The notes under the pieces are model-generated. The model was given only the letters and a program-made list of their open reading frames with translations. It was not told the origin of the DNA and made no database searches. A program made the position numbers and the translations under genes. Positions 9,648-19,400 of a stretch of 64,000 bases of DNA are shown here, piece after piece. Numbering within the stretch: position 1 is the stretch's first letter; each line of letters starts with the position of its first letter. Where the stretch lies: contig JAFMIZ010000003.1 in assembly GCA_017853715.1 (NCBI GenBank), positions 20,611-84,610 of the forward strand. Direction: 5' to 3'. Source of the stretch: Pedosphaera sp. Lineage in GTDB: Bacteria; Verrucomicrobiota; Verrucomicrobiia; Limisphaerales; DSYF01.

Positions 9648-11111
9648 CTACTGTTTTGGCTCTGCCTTGTTTGTGCTCGGCTTGTAGTCCGGGTTGGGGG
9701 TGGGCATCTGGGCTTTGACAGACTTGCGCCAGTTGTGCAGCCGCTGGGCCAATTCTTTCGCCCTCTTCGGTTGGGATTTGGCGAGGTTGTGTTGCTCGCC
9801 GATGTCATCCTTCAGGTTGAACAGTTCCACGCTCATGTCCTCATACCATTCGATCAGCTTGTAGTTGCCCCGGCGCACCGCGCCATGAGGCGGGCCGCCT
9901 TGATTGCTGTAATGCGGGTAGTGCCAGAACAACGGGCGCTCGGGCAATGGTTCGCCTTTCAACGCGGGCACGATGTTGACGCCATCCATGTGCTGTTGCG
10001 GGCGAGCCGCAAGACCAGCCATCGCGAGGATGGTGGGATAGAAGTCAGTCGAGATCACGGGCTCGTGGCTGACGCTGCCGGGTTGGGTGACGCCAGGCCA
10101 CTTGATGAGCAGCGGCTCGCGCACGCCGCCTTCAAAGGCCCAACCCTTGCCTGCGCGTAGCGGCAGATTCGATGTGGGCGTGCCTTCGGCAGTGGACAGC
10201 CCGCCATTGTCCGAGGTGAAGATGATGATGGTGTTCGATTCGAGGCCGAGTTCCTTCAACTTGTCCATGACGCGGCCGACGCTGTCGTCGAGGCCTTCCA
10301 TCATCGCCCCGTAAATTGGGTGGTTTTGGATCTGACGAACGTTGCGTCCGCGGTCGGGCAGGAATTCAGGTCCAGCTGCGGGAAATTTCGCGGCCTTGGC
10401 TTTGTATTTCTCAATGACTTCGGGCTTGGCCTGCAGCGGCGTGTGCACGGCGTAATGCGAAAAGTAGAGCAGGAAGGGCTTGTCCTTGGCTTGCTCCATG
10501 AACTTCACCGCCTCCTCTGTCAGGCGTTCGTTCAAGTATTCGCCTTTGGGGCCATCCTTCAGAGTGGGGATTCCATACGGACTGAAGTAAGAGGGCGGAT
10601 GGCCTTTGCCACAGCCGCCGATGTTGAGGTCGAAGCCTTGGTGTTCGGGAAAGTGATTCGTTTCTTCGCCAAGATGCCACTTGCCGATGAAGGCGGTCGC
10701 GTAGCCGCCTTCCTTCAATGCCTCCGCCAGCGTGACTTCGCTGAGCGGCAGAAATTTCTGGAAGTCGGGGCGCTTCAGCTTTTGGTCCGGTCGATCTGGG
10801 CGGCCCAGCAGCCAATCTGTGATGCGCAGGCGCGCCGGATACTTGCCCGTCATGATCGCAGCGCGGGTGGGGGAGCAAACATTACAGGCCGCGTACCCAT
10901 CCGTGAACCGCATGCCTTCCCCCGCCAGGCGATCCAGGTTCGGGGTCTCGTAAAATTGGCTTCCGTAGCAGCCCAGATCCGCCCAGCCCAGGTCGTCGAT
11001 CAGGAAGAAGACGACATTGGGCCGAATTGTTTCACCGCGGGTGGCGGTGGCAGCCAGCGACACGACGGTGACGAGCAAACAGAATCGCTTGAGGGAATTG
11101 AGCGTGAGCAT
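9648..11111 (-). CDS. Secreted sulfatase (arylsulfatase A family)
   Basis: 487 aa. Signal peptide and the formylglycine motif CSPTRAAIMTG following NVVFFLIDDLGW. Confidence 0.9.
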   Translation of the reverse strand: MLTLNSLKRFCLLVTVVSLAATATRGETIRPNVVFFLIDDLGWADLGCYGSQFYETPNLDRLAGEGMRFTDGYAACNVCSPTRAAIMTGKYPARLRITDWLLGRPDRPDQKLKRPDFQKFLPLSEVTLAEALKEGGYATAFIGKWHLGEETNHFPEHQGFDLNIGGCGKGHPPSYFSPYGIPTLKDGPKGEYLNERLTEEAVKFMEQAKDKPFLLYFSHYAVHTPLQAKPEVIEKYKAKAAKFPAAGPEFLPDRGRNVRQIQNHPIYGAMMEGLDDSVGRVMDKLKELGLESNTIIIFTSDNGGLSTAEGTPTSNLPLRAGKGWAFEGGVREPLLIKWPGVTQPGSVSHEPVISTDFYPTILAMAGLAARPQQHMDGVNIVPALKGEPLPERPLFWHYPHYSNQGGPPHGAVRRGNYKLIEWYEDMSVELFNLKDDIGEQHNLAKSQPKRAKELAQRLHNWRKSVKAQMPTPNPDYKPSTNKAEPKQ

Positions 11112-11163
11112 GAGCGTTTGTAGAACCTCACGCTCTGCCTGTCAATTCACGTCACCGCCGCAG

Positions 11164-14100
11164 TCACTTCGCCGGAACCGCCGCCAGTGAGTCGTCTGCA
11201 TGATCCGCGTAATCGCTGGCTAGGGCTTCAGACGCCTCGCCTTGATGTTGCTTCGCGATCAGCACGTAAAGCGCCGGAATCACCAGCAGCGTGAAGATCG
11301 TTCCCAGTGTCATGCCGGAGACGACAATGATGCCGATGGAGTTGCGCGCCTCCGCACCAGCGCCGCTCACCAGTGTCAGCGGGAAGTGACCGCACACCGT
11401 CGCCACGCTGGTCATCAGCACCGGGCGCAGCCGCACCAACGCCGCTTCGCGGGCCGCCTTCAGTTTGCTCAGGCCCGAGCGTTGAAGTTGGTTGGCGAAC
11501 TCGACGATGAGAATGCCGTTCTTGGAAACGAGTCCAACGAGCGTCACCAGTCCGACCTGTGAGTAGATGTTGAAGGTGGTGGTCCAGCCGTCCGTCCAGA
11601 ACGCCATGTTCGGATTCGGCATCTTGAGGAACATGAAGATGCTGGCTCCGAACAATGCCAGCGGCACGGAGCCGAGGATGATGATCCACGGGTCACGGAA
11701 GCTGTTGAACTGCGCGGCAAGCACGAGGAAAATCAGCACAACCGACAGCATCATCATGGGCCAGAACTTGTCGCCCTCGGTGCGCAGCTGGCGCGATTCA
11801 CCGGTGTAATCAACCTTGTAGCCCGCGGGCAGAATCTTCGCCGCCTCGCCCTCAAGATACTTCAAGGCCTCGTTCAAAGGGCGGATGGCCACACCGCTGA
11901 TCTTGACGGAATTGAACTGTTGGAAACGGTTCAGCGTGCGCGGCTGCGTGGAATGCTCAAAGTGCGCGAAGGTGCTTAGCGGCACGAGCTGGCCGTTTGG
12001 GCCCTTCACGTAAATGTCTTCCATTTGCTCCGGATTGAGCCGCCCGGTGCGCGCAACTTGGGGAATCACTTTGTAGCTGCGCCCGCCGTAACTGAAGCGG
12101 TTCACGAAGTTGCCGCCAACCAGCGCGGCTAGGTCTGCGCCTACGCTTTGCATGTCGAGACCGAGCGCCGCCACCTTGTCACGGTCGAGCACGAGTTCCG
12201 CCTGGGGTTGGTCGATCTTGGTGTCCACGATGGGCGGGAATGCAAAGATGTTGGTGCGGGCCGCGTTGCGGGCGATCTGGTCGGCGTATTTCAAGATCTC
12301 CGATTGCTCATCCGTGGAGCTGATGATGAATTCCACCGGGAACTCGCCGCCGCCGGGCAGGGCAGGGGGCGTCACCGGCAGCACGCGAATGCCGGGAATG
12401 CCACTGACCATCGGTTGAACTTCTTGCACGACCTCGAACACGGTTCGCTTGCGTTCACCCCATGGCTTCAAGACGAGTCCGCCGATCCCGTTGTCGGGGA
12501 ACGTGAGTTGGAATGTGCGGTCGAACTCCGGCACCTTCATCCAGCGCTCGTTTTGTGCGTCCGTGTAAAAACTCGTCTGATCGACCGTCGCATCCGCACC
12601 GGCACCGACGATGCCCAGAATGAAACCCTGGTCTTCCGTGGGGGCCAATTCGGCGGGCAGGAACTTGAAGATCGGAACCGTGAGCAAGCTCAACCCCAGC
12701 CACACCACGTAAACTGCCGGCCGGGCGCTCAACGTCACATCGAGCACGCGACTGTATTGGCGGCGCAACCAGTCGAAGCCGTGGTTGATGCGTCCGACAA
12801 GCCCTTCTTCCTCGTGACCACCCTGGATGAGCTTCGCGGACATGACGGGTGAGAGCGTCAGCGCCACGATCCCCGAGATGAACACGGCGCCCGCCAGCGT
12901 GAAGGCGAATTCCCGGAAGAGCGAACCGGTCAAGCCACCTTGCAGGCCGATGGGCGCATAGACGGCGGCTAGCGTGATGGTCATCGCGATCACCGGACCC
13001 ACCAGTTCGCGCGCGCCCAGCACGGCGGCGCGAATGGGCGCTTTGCCCTCGCGGATGTGACGTTCCACGTTCTCCACGATCACGATAGCGTCGTCCACGA
13101 CCAGCCCGACCGACAGCACGATCGCCAGCAACGTCAGCAGGTTGAGGGTGAACCCAAAGATTTGCATGAGGAACACCGCACCGATCAACGACACGGGTAT
13201 TGCCACCAGCGGCACCAGCACTGAACGGATTGAACCGAGGAACAGGAAAATGACGATGGAGACGATGATGAGCGTCTCCGTCAGCGTCTTGATCACTTCA
13301 TGAATGGCGTCATCAATGTATTTGGTCGCATCATAAGCGATGCGCCCGCTGAGGCCGGAGGGCAGATCCTTCTGGATGGATTCGACCTCGGCGCGCACCA
13401 GCTTGATGACATCGAGTGTGTTCGCATTGGGCAATGGCCAGACGCCCATGAACACGGCTTTTTCGCCGCTGAAGCGCACCTCGGAGTTGTAATCCTCCGC
13501 CCCCAGCACCACATCGGCGACGTCGCTGAGGCGGATGAGCTGGTCACCGGTGTTGCGCACAACGAGGTTGCGGAATTCGTCCACCGATTTGAGGTCAGTA
13601 TTGGCGGTCAGGTTGATTTGAACGAGCGAACCCTTCGTCTGGCCCACGGCGGAGAGGAAATTGTTCTTGCGCAGGACGTTTCGGATTTCGTCGGGGTTGA
13701 TGTTGAGCGATGCCATGCGGTCGGGCTTGAGCCAGATGCGCATGGCGAAGGTGCGTCCGCCCAGAATATCCGCGCGTTGCACGCCTGCGAGTGCTGAAAG
13801 ACGCGGCTGCACTTTGCGCACGAGGTAATCCGTGACCTGATTCGGCTCGAGGATGTCTGACGTAAAACTGAGGTAGGCAGAAGCGAACCGCGAGTCCGCC
13901 GATTCGATGTTGATGATCGGCACTTCGGCTTCCGGCGGCAGGTCGCCGCGCACCTGGTCCACTTTGGCGCTGATCTCGGAGAGCGCCTTGGTCGCGTCGT
14001 AGTTGAGCTTGAGGCGGATGGTGATGGTGGAGACGCCCAGCTTGCTCGAGGAATCGATGTATTCGATGCCGTCAGCCGCCGCGATGGCGCGCTCCAATGG

Positions 14101-14298
14101 TTGCGTGATGAAGCCGCGCACGAGTTCCGCGCTGGCGCCGACGTAAACCGTCGTCACGGTGACCGCGGCGTTCTCGCTGCGGGGATACTGCCGGACGTTG
14201 AGCGTCTTGATGGCCTGAAAGCCGGCGATCAAGACGATCAGATTGACGACCAGCGCGAGCACTGGCCGGCGGATGAAGATATCCGTGAAGCTTTTCAT
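11164..14298 (-). CDS. RND efflux transporter permease subunit (AcrB/HAE1-like)
   Basis: 1044 aa, 12-TM RND architecture, with a typical N-terminus (FIRRPVLALVVNLIVLIAG) and VVDDAIVIVENVERH. Confidence 0.93.
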   Translation of the reverse strand: MKSFTDIFIRRPVLALVVNLIVLIAGFQAIKTLNVRQYPRSENAAVTVTTVYVGASAELVRGFITQPLERAIAAADGIEYIDSSSKLGVSTITIRLKLNYDATKALSEISAKVDQVRGDLPPEAEVPIINIESADSRFASAYLSFTSDILEPNQVTDYLVRKVQPRLSALAGVQRADILGGRTFAMRIWLKPDRMASLNINPDEIRNVLRKNNFLSAVGQTKGSLVQINLTANTDLKSVDEFRNLVVRNTGDQLIRLSDVADVVLGAEDYNSEVRFSGEKAVFMGVWPLPNANTLDVIKLVRAEVESIQKDLPSGLSGRIAYDATKYIDDAIHEVIKTLTETLIIVSIVIFLFLGSIRSVLVPLVAIPVSLIGAVFLMQIFGFTLNLLTLLAIVLSVGLVVDDAIVIVENVERHIREGKAPIRAAVLGARELVGPVIAMTITLAAVYAPIGLQGGLTGSLFREFAFTLAGAVFISGIVALTLSPVMSAKLIQGGHEEEGLVGRINHGFDWLRRQYSRVLDVTLSARPAVYVVWLGLSLLTVPIFKFLPAELAPTEDQGFILGIVGAGADATVDQTSFYTDAQNERWMKVPEFDRTFQLTFPDNGIGGLVLKPWGERKRTVFEVVQEVQPMVSGIPGIRVLPVTPPALPGGGEFPVEFIISSTDEQSEILKYADQIARNAARTNIFAFPPIVDTKIDQPQAELVLDRDKVAALGLDMQSVGADLAALVGGNFVNRFSYGGRSYKVIPQVARTGRLNPEQMEDIYVKGPNGQLVPLSTFAHFEHSTQPRTLNRFQQFNSVKISGVAIRPLNEALKYLEGEAAKILPAGYKVDYTGESRQLRTEGDKFWPMMMLSVVLIFLVLAAQFNSFRDPWIIILGSVPLALFGASIFMFLKMPNPNMAFWTDGWTTTFNIYSQVGLVTLVGLVSKNGILIVEFANQLQRSGLSKLKAAREAALVRLRPVLMTSVATVCGHFPLTLVSGAGAEARNSIGIIVVSGMTLGTIFTLLVIPALYVLIAKQHQGEASEALASDYADHADDSLAAVPAK

Positions 14299-14309
14299 GG
14301 CGGCGGGGC

Positions 14310-15434
14310 TCAGCTGTTGGACGGCTTCGGAGCCAGCTTCGTGTCCGGCACGATTTCGTTGTTGATGACGATGTTCTTGCCGTTCCGGAGCTTGAACATG
14401 CCGACGCTCACGATGCGGTCGCCTGCTTTGAGGCCGCTTTGCACGCTGACGAAATCTCCCTGTCGGCGACCGGTGCGGATGAATTGTTGTTGCACCACCA
14501 GTTCGTTGGGCGCGTTGGTGGATTCGTTGATCACATAGACCAGGCTGCCGAACGGAGCGCTGAAGATGGCCGTCGCCGGGATGACGAGCACTTCCTGATT
14601 GTCCGGCAACAGCACCTCCACGCGGGCGAACATGCCGGGACGCAGCAACTCACCCGGGTTGTCCAGCGTGGCCTGTACGCGCACGCTGCGGGTCGTGATA
14701 TCCAGATCAGGGTTTAACGAGGTCAGCTTGCCGCTGAATTGCTGGCTAGGATACGCATCGGTGGTGATGCGCACTTCAAGCCCCTCGTTGATCCGCGAGA
14801 GCTCCTGCTGCGGCAGTGAAAAATCCGCATAGACCCGGTCGAGTGCCTGCAAGGAAACAATCACCGTGCGGCCCGCCTCCACGAATTCGCCCAGGTTGAT
14901 CTGGCGGATGCCGAGGCGGCCCGTGAAGGGCGCGCGAATGGTCTTCTTGGCGATGGTCGCGCGAATGGCGTCGGCATTGCCTTGAAACTGCGCCAGCAAG
15001 GCCTCGGCGTTGTCGAGTTCGGACTGGGATACGGCTTTCTCGGCGCGCAGGTCGCGGATGCGTTTGGCGTTCAACTGTGCCAGTTCCGTTTGCGCCTCGA
15101 GCGCACGCAACTGCGCCTCCTCGGAAGAAGTGTCGAGTTTCACCAGCAGGTCGCCCTGTTTGACAAGCGCTCCCGACTCGAAGGCGATTTGGACGGCGGT
15201 GCCGGAAATTTCGGCGGTGACATTCACGCCTTGCACGGGCGTAATGGAGCCGACGGCCTTGATGGTTTCTTGCCACTTGGCTGATTGCACTTCCACGGAT
15301 GACACCGTCTCCGGCGGCTCCTTGAACGTCTTGCCCGCTTTGATCATCGCGCGGATCTGCATGACCTTCACGGCTCCCAAGCCGCCCAACACCGCCACCA
15401 CGATGGTCGCCGCGATTAGAACTTTGTATTTCAT
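14310..15434 (-). CDS. RND efflux periplasmic adaptor (MFP) subunit
   Basis: 374 aa. N-terminal anchor, coiled-coil hairpin and beta-barrel segments. Lies 11 nt upstream of the RND pump. Confidence 0.9.
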   Translation of the reverse strand: MKYKVLIAATIVVAVLGGLGAVKVMQIRAMIKAGKTFKEPPETVSSVEVQSAKWQETIKAVGSITPVQGVNVTAEISGTAVQIAFESGALVKQGDLLVKLDTSSEEAQLRALEAQTELAQLNAKRIRDLRAEKAVSQSELDNAEALLAQFQGNADAIRATIAKKTIRAPFTGRLGIRQINLGEFVEAGRTVIVSLQALDRVYADFSLPQQELSRINEGLEVRITTDAYPSQQFSGKLTSLNPDLDITTRSVRVQATLDNPGELLRPGMFARVEVLLPDNQEVLVIPATAIFSAPFGSLVYVINESTNAPNELVVQQQFIRTGRRQGDFVSVQSGLKAGDRIVSVGMFKLRNGKNIVINNEIVPDTKLAPKPSNS

Positions 15435-15457
15435 ATGGATTCGATTCGCTGGGTAGA

Positions 15458-16102
15458 TTATCCGGCACGTCGGGGCTTCCCCTGCTTCCGAAGTTTGCCC
15501 TCGGGCGCGCCACCCGAGAGGAACAGCTTCACGATGCGCTCAGCCAGCGTCCGGTTGAGTTCGATCTCCGGCAGCACCAGACTGAGCATCACGTTGAAAT
15601 TCATGACTCCATAAACGGCCATCGTCAGTTCCTGCGCGGAAAACTCCCTCTTCAGGACGCCGTCGCGCCGCGCATCTTCCGCCAAGTTCATCATCATGTC
15701 AAAAACCTGACGGCCCTTGGTCATGCAATGGCTTTGGTTCGGCACTTCGCCCTTGGCCGCAAACGCCGTGGCCATGCTCAGGCGCGTCAGTTCCCGGTTC
15801 TCGCGCACGAAGTCGAACGTGGCAGCGAGGATCTCGGTGTATTTCTCGGCGAGCGTTCGCCCCCGCGCCGCCGCCTCCCGGGAACGCCGCAGTCGCTCGT
15901 CCGCCGCCCATTCGATCAGCGCGGAGTAAAGCCCCTCCTTGCTGCCGAAATGGTAATACAGCACCGGCTTGGTGACCTGGGCGGTATCCACGATGGCCTG
16001 CACCGACGCCCCGGCGTAACCGCTATGGGCAAATACGCGCAGCGCCGCCTGCAACATCTGCTGGCGGGTGTCGGGACTGGAATGCTCCGAAGGTCTGGCC
16101 AT
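15458..16102 (-). CDS. TetR/AcrR family transcriptional regulator
   Basis: 214 aa. N-terminal HTH (AALRVFAHSGYAGASVQAIVDTAQVTKPVLYYHFGSKEGL). First gene of the efflux operon. Confidence 0.9.
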   Translation of the reverse strand: MARPSEHSSPDTRQQMLQAALRVFAHSGYAGASVQAIVDTAQVTKPVLYYHFGSKEGLYSALIEWAADERLRRSREAAARGRTLAEKYTEILAATFDFVRENRELTRLSMATAFAAKGEVPNQSHCMTKGRQVFDMMMNLAEDARRDGVLKREFSAQELTMAVYGVMNFNVMLSLVLPEIELNRTLAERIVKLFLSGGAPEGKLRKQGKPRRAG

Positions 16103-16107
16103 TAAAA

Positions 16108-16123
16108 CTTACCGAACGGTAGG
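16108..16123. promoter_or_regulatory. Candidate TetR operator (imperfect palindrome CTTACCG-AA-CGGTAGG)
   Basis: 7-bp inverted arms with 1 mismatch, starting 6 nt upstream of the tetR start codon. Confidence 0.4.
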
Positions 16124-16171
16124 TAATCTGGGGCAAGGTGTCAAATACGGGAACGTTACAGACGTGTTGAG

Positions 16172-17026
16172 ATGGTCGTTCTCGTCCTCGAAACGTTGGG
16201 GCAAGGACGACGACGGGAACGGGGAGGATTGACTGGCTTTCTCAAAGCGCTCGACACCGGCTGCCTACCCCTGAACAATTCGTCCGTGGCCAGTGTGGTC
16301 GTCCAAAGACTCACCAGATCGTTCCCCGCAAAGAATGGGACCGTGCCCGCTCTGCCTGCCGTGGACGCCCTGAGCCTGTCGGTTGCGGACGGCGAACTTC
16401 TGACGCTGCTGGGTCCGTCGGGTTCGGGCAAGACGACCCTGCTGCGCTTGATCGCGGGGTTGGAGACGCCCGATGGCGGGACCATTCGCATCGGCGAACA
16501 AGATCAGGTTGGTATTGCTCCGGGGGATCGTGAGGTTGCGCTGGTGTTTCAGACCTTGGCGCTCTATCCGCACCTGACCGCCGAGGAGAACTTGTCCTTT
16601 GGGCTGCGCTTGCGCGGGACGAACCAAAGCGAGATGACTGCAAGGACCCGCGAGATGGCGGAAAGATTGGGCATTGCGGATTGCCTCGCGCGCCGACCAG
16701 CGGAGCTTTCGAGCGGCCAGCGGCAGCGTGTGGCGCTCGGGCGGGCGCTCATGCGGCAACCGGAGGTGTTGTTGCTGGATGAACTGTTCGCGAACTTGGA
16801 CGCCCCGCTGCGGCGGGAATTGCGCCGCGAGTTACTGTGCTTGCATCAGGTATACCAGCTGACCGTCATCCTCGTAACGCACGATCAAGCCGAGGCGATG
16901 GCCTTGGGGCAACGCGTCACCGTCATGAACATGGGACGAATTGAGCAGTTGGCGACGCCCGCCCAACTGCGCAGCGCTCCCGCCAATGACTTCGTGAAGA
17001 GTTTTCTGGATGTGACCGTCGTGTGA
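16172..17026 (+). CDS. Orphan ABC transporter ATP-binding protein
   Basis: Walker A GPSGSGKTT, signature LSSGQRQR, Walker B LLLDE. No adjacent permease or binding protein. The true start is probably GTG at 16286 or 16295, because the N-terminal 38 aa of the track ORF look non-coding. Confidence 0.85.
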   Translation: MVVLVLETLGQGRRRERGGLTGFLKALDTGCLPLNNSSVASVVVQRLTRSFPAKNGTVPALPAVDALSLSVADGELLTLLGPSGSGKTTLLRLIAGLETPDGGTIRIGEQDQVGIAPGDREVALVFQTLALYPHLTAEENLSFGLRLRGTNQSEMTARTREMAERLGIADCLARRPAELSSGQRQRVALGRALMRQPEVLLLDELFANLDAPLRRELRRELLCLHQVYQLTVILVTHDQAEAMALGQRVTVMNMGRIEQLATPAQLRSAPANDFVKSFLDVTVV

Positions 17027-17035
17027 ATGCAGCGC

Positions 17036-17165
17036 CTCCCACCTGCAGGAGCCGACGTGAGGAGGCTCAAACTTTAAGTATCGCGAAGCGTTTGGACTGC
17101 GGTGTCTTCCAGCACCGCTCTCGACATGCAGCTGGAATGGAGTCTCCTCACGTAGTCTCCTGCGA
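17036..17165. repeat. Composite REP/MITE-like intergenic element
   Basis: Outer inverted arms ggagccgacgtgaggagg (17048-17065) and agtctcctcacgtagtctcc (17141-17160) flank the core gcgaagcgtttggactgcggtgtcttccagcaccgct (17083-17119). That core recurs at 37879-37915. Confidence 0.75.
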
Positions 17166-17171
17166 TCTAAT

Positions 17172-17894
17172 ATGTCGTCAGTGAAATCGAATGCTCACCT
17201 TGCCCGCGAATTGCGCCGGGCCTACCGGCTGATGTTCGCGCGCTTCGGCCATCAAAACTGGTGGCCGGGGGAAACGCCCTTCGAAGTTTGTGTCGGTGCG
17301 ATTCTCGTGCAGAACACGAGCTGGACGAATGTGGGGCGGGCTATCGTTAATCTCAAGGCAGCCCAGGTGCTGGAGCCGAGAGCGCTGTTTGCATTGTCCG
17401 AGACGAAACTCGCCCGCCTCATCCGTCCCGCGGGTTACTTCAACGTCAAGGCTCGCCGCCTGCGTGCGTTTCTCCGTGTGCTGGTTGCGGAATTTGATGC
17501 GTCCTTGCCGAAGCTGATGGCGGGCGAAACGGCCGCAGTGCGCGAGCGATTGCTGGCCATCCATGGCATCGGACCTGAGACGGCCGACAGCCTGTTGCTC
17601 TATGCGGGCGGGCATCACAGCTTCGTGATTGATGCCTACACCAAGCGCATCTTTGAACGGCATGGGTGGGGCCAGTTAAAAGTTAAAAGTGTAAAGGGCA
17701 AAAAGCCTGAAGCCGAATACGAGGCATTGAAGGCATTGTGCGAAAAAGCGCTCGATCACAAGCGTGGCGGGGCAAAGCTGGATTATTGGCAGGACTATCA
17801 CGCCCAACTGGTGCTGGTGGGAAAGCATTATTGTCGCCCGCGCGAACCGCGTTGCGAGCAATGCCCGCTGAAGTTGTTGCTTCCGCCGAGCTAA
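17172..17894 (+). CDS. Endonuclease III-related HhH-GPD base-excision repair protein
   Basis: 240 aa with HhH-GPD features (LLAIHGIGPETADSLLLY) and a C-terminal Cys cluster (CRPREPRCEQCPL). Confidence 0.8.
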   Translation: MSSVKSNAHLARELRRAYRLMFARFGHQNWWPGETPFEVCVGAILVQNTSWTNVGRAIVNLKAAQVLEPRALFALSETKLARLIRPAGYFNVKARRLRAFLRVLVAEFDASLPKLMAGETAAVRERLLAIHGIGPETADSLLLYAGGHHSFVIDAYTKRIFERHGWGQLKVKSVKGKKPEAEYEALKALCEKALDHKRGGAKLDYWQDYHAQLVLVGKHYCRPREPRCEQCPLKLLLPPS

Positions 17895-17964
17895 GGTGAC
17901 TGGGGAGATTTGTCAGGACATCCATGTTAGGCATCAAGTAAGTCGATTCCACTCACGGCTGAAG

Positions 17965-17986
17965 CTGTCACACAATTGTAACAATT
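17965..17986 (+). promoter_or_regulatory. Pho-box-like tandem 11-bp repeat (CTGTCACACAA TTGTAACAATT)
   Basis: Two 11-bp-phased TGT-containing half sites, 68 bp upstream of the porin-pst operon ATG. They resemble the enterobacterial Pho box CTGTCATA(A/T)A(A/T). Confidence 0.45.
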
Positions 17987-18053
17987 CCGCCTTTGCCGCG
18001 TAACAGGCCCGCCACAATGTGTCCGTGTCACGTAAACATTGCACAGACACATC

Positions 18054-19400
18054 ATGAAAAAATCCTCCAAACTCACCCTGGTCGCCGCTGCGGTGGCCGC
18101 GACCCTGGCTGGTGCCTGTCCCTCCGCACTGGCTCAATCGGCTGATGCGCTCATCGACAAACTCGTGGACAAGGGCGTCCTCAGCGTCAAAGAAGCGAAC
18201 GAACTCCGCGAGGAAGCGGACAAAAATTTCACCCAGGCCTACTCGGTGAAGAGCGGCATGCCGGAATGGGTGCAGGCGCTGAAGCTCAACGGCGATTTTC
18301 GCGGGCGTTACGAAGCGTTCTTTGCCGACAACCCTCTTTTCGAAGACCGGAACCGTTTCCGCTATCGTGCCCGCTTCGGTGTCACGGCTGTGATGAGCGA
18401 CAATTTCGAGGTCGGCTTTCGGCTGGGTTCCGGCGACATTGATAGCGCATCCGGGCTGAATTCAGGCGTTGATCCCATCTCGCTCAACCAATCTTTCCAG
18501 AACAACGGCTCCAAGAAGGGCGTGTTCATCGACCTCGCTTACGGCAAGTGGACACCCCTTAACAATGCCGATTGGTCGGTGGCGACCACGGTTGGTAAGA
18601 TGGAGAACCCGTTCGTGTTCTCCGACATGGTTTTCGATGCTGATTACACCCCTGAGGGTGCCGCGCTGCAAATCGGCCGCAACCTAGGCGAAAAGCATGC
18701 GGTGAAGTTGAATGGTGGGGCCTTCGTGTTGGACGAGGTTGGAGGTTCAACTCAGGACTCGTTCCTGTTTGGTGGTCAGTTGCGACTAGACTCCACGTGG
18801 ACGCCTGAGTTCAGCACGTCTCTCGGCGCTTCCTATCTGGCGGTGATGAACCCCGAACAGCTTGCCAACGGCGCTGTGCCGAACATCAACGTCGGTAACA
18901 CACGCGCCGGTGCGGCGGGCAATCTGGTTTATGACTATGCGCCCGTGATCGTGGATGCAAGTGCGACCTACAAATTGGAGTCGTTCCCGATGTATGCGGG
19001 TGCGTTCCCCATCAAGGTGGGCGGCGACTACATCTACAACGAAGCGGCCTCCAGCGCGGCAGACAATGATGGATGGAGCGCGGGCATCACGTTCGGCAAG
19101 GCGGGTAAGCGCAAGACGTGGGAAGTTTCCTACACCTACAAGTGGTTGGGTGCCGACGCTTGGTGGGAGGAGTTGGTTGACTCAGATTCCGGTGCATTCT
19201 ATGACCCTGCGTATCCTAACAGCGGCCAAGGCACCGGCTATCGCTCTGGCACCAACGTCAAGGGGCATGTCATGAAGGTGGCCTATTCGCCGTATGACAC
19301 CATCACCCTCTCGGCCAAGGCGTTCTTGATGGAACGCATCGATGTGCCGGCCGACAGCGAGATGACTCGCCTGCAGGTGGATGCGCAATGGAAGTTCTAA
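18054..19400 (+). CDS. Outer-membrane porin (putative), first gene of the pst cluster
   Basis: Signal peptide MKKSSKLTLVAAAVAATLAGACPSALAQ, an N-terminal helical segment, alternating beta-strand pattern, and a C-terminal WKF. Start taken at the ATG at 18054 inside the track ORF. Confidence 0.75.
   Translation: MKKSSKLTLVAAAVAATLAGACPSALAQSADALIDKLVDKGVLSVKEANELREEADKNFTQAYSVKSGMPEWVQALKLNGDFRGRYEAFFADNPLFEDRNRFRYRARFGVTAVMSDNFEVGFRLGSGDIDSASGLNSGVDPISLNQSFQNNGSKKGVFIDLAYGKWTPLNNADWSVATTVGKMENPFVFSDMVFDADYTPEGAALQIGRNLGEKHAVKLNGGAFVLDEVGGSTQDSFLFGGQLRLDSTWTPEFSTSLGASYLAVMNPEQLANGAVPNINVGNTRAGAAGNLVYDYAPVIVDASATYKLESFPMYAGAFPIKVGGDYIYNEAASSAADNDGWSAGITFGKAGKRKTWEVSYTYKWLGADAWWEELVDSDSGAFYDPAYPNSGQGTGYRSGTNVKGHVMKVAYSPYDTITLSAKAFLMERIDVPADSEMTRLQVDAQWKF

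Noticed and set aside
17670-17720. LKVKSVKGKKPEAE segment in the endonuclease III-like protein as another repeat-derived insertion
   Set aside because: The DNA (ttaaaagttaaaagtgtaaag) is repeat-like, but there is no second copy in this window and I cannot show that it is absent from orthologues.
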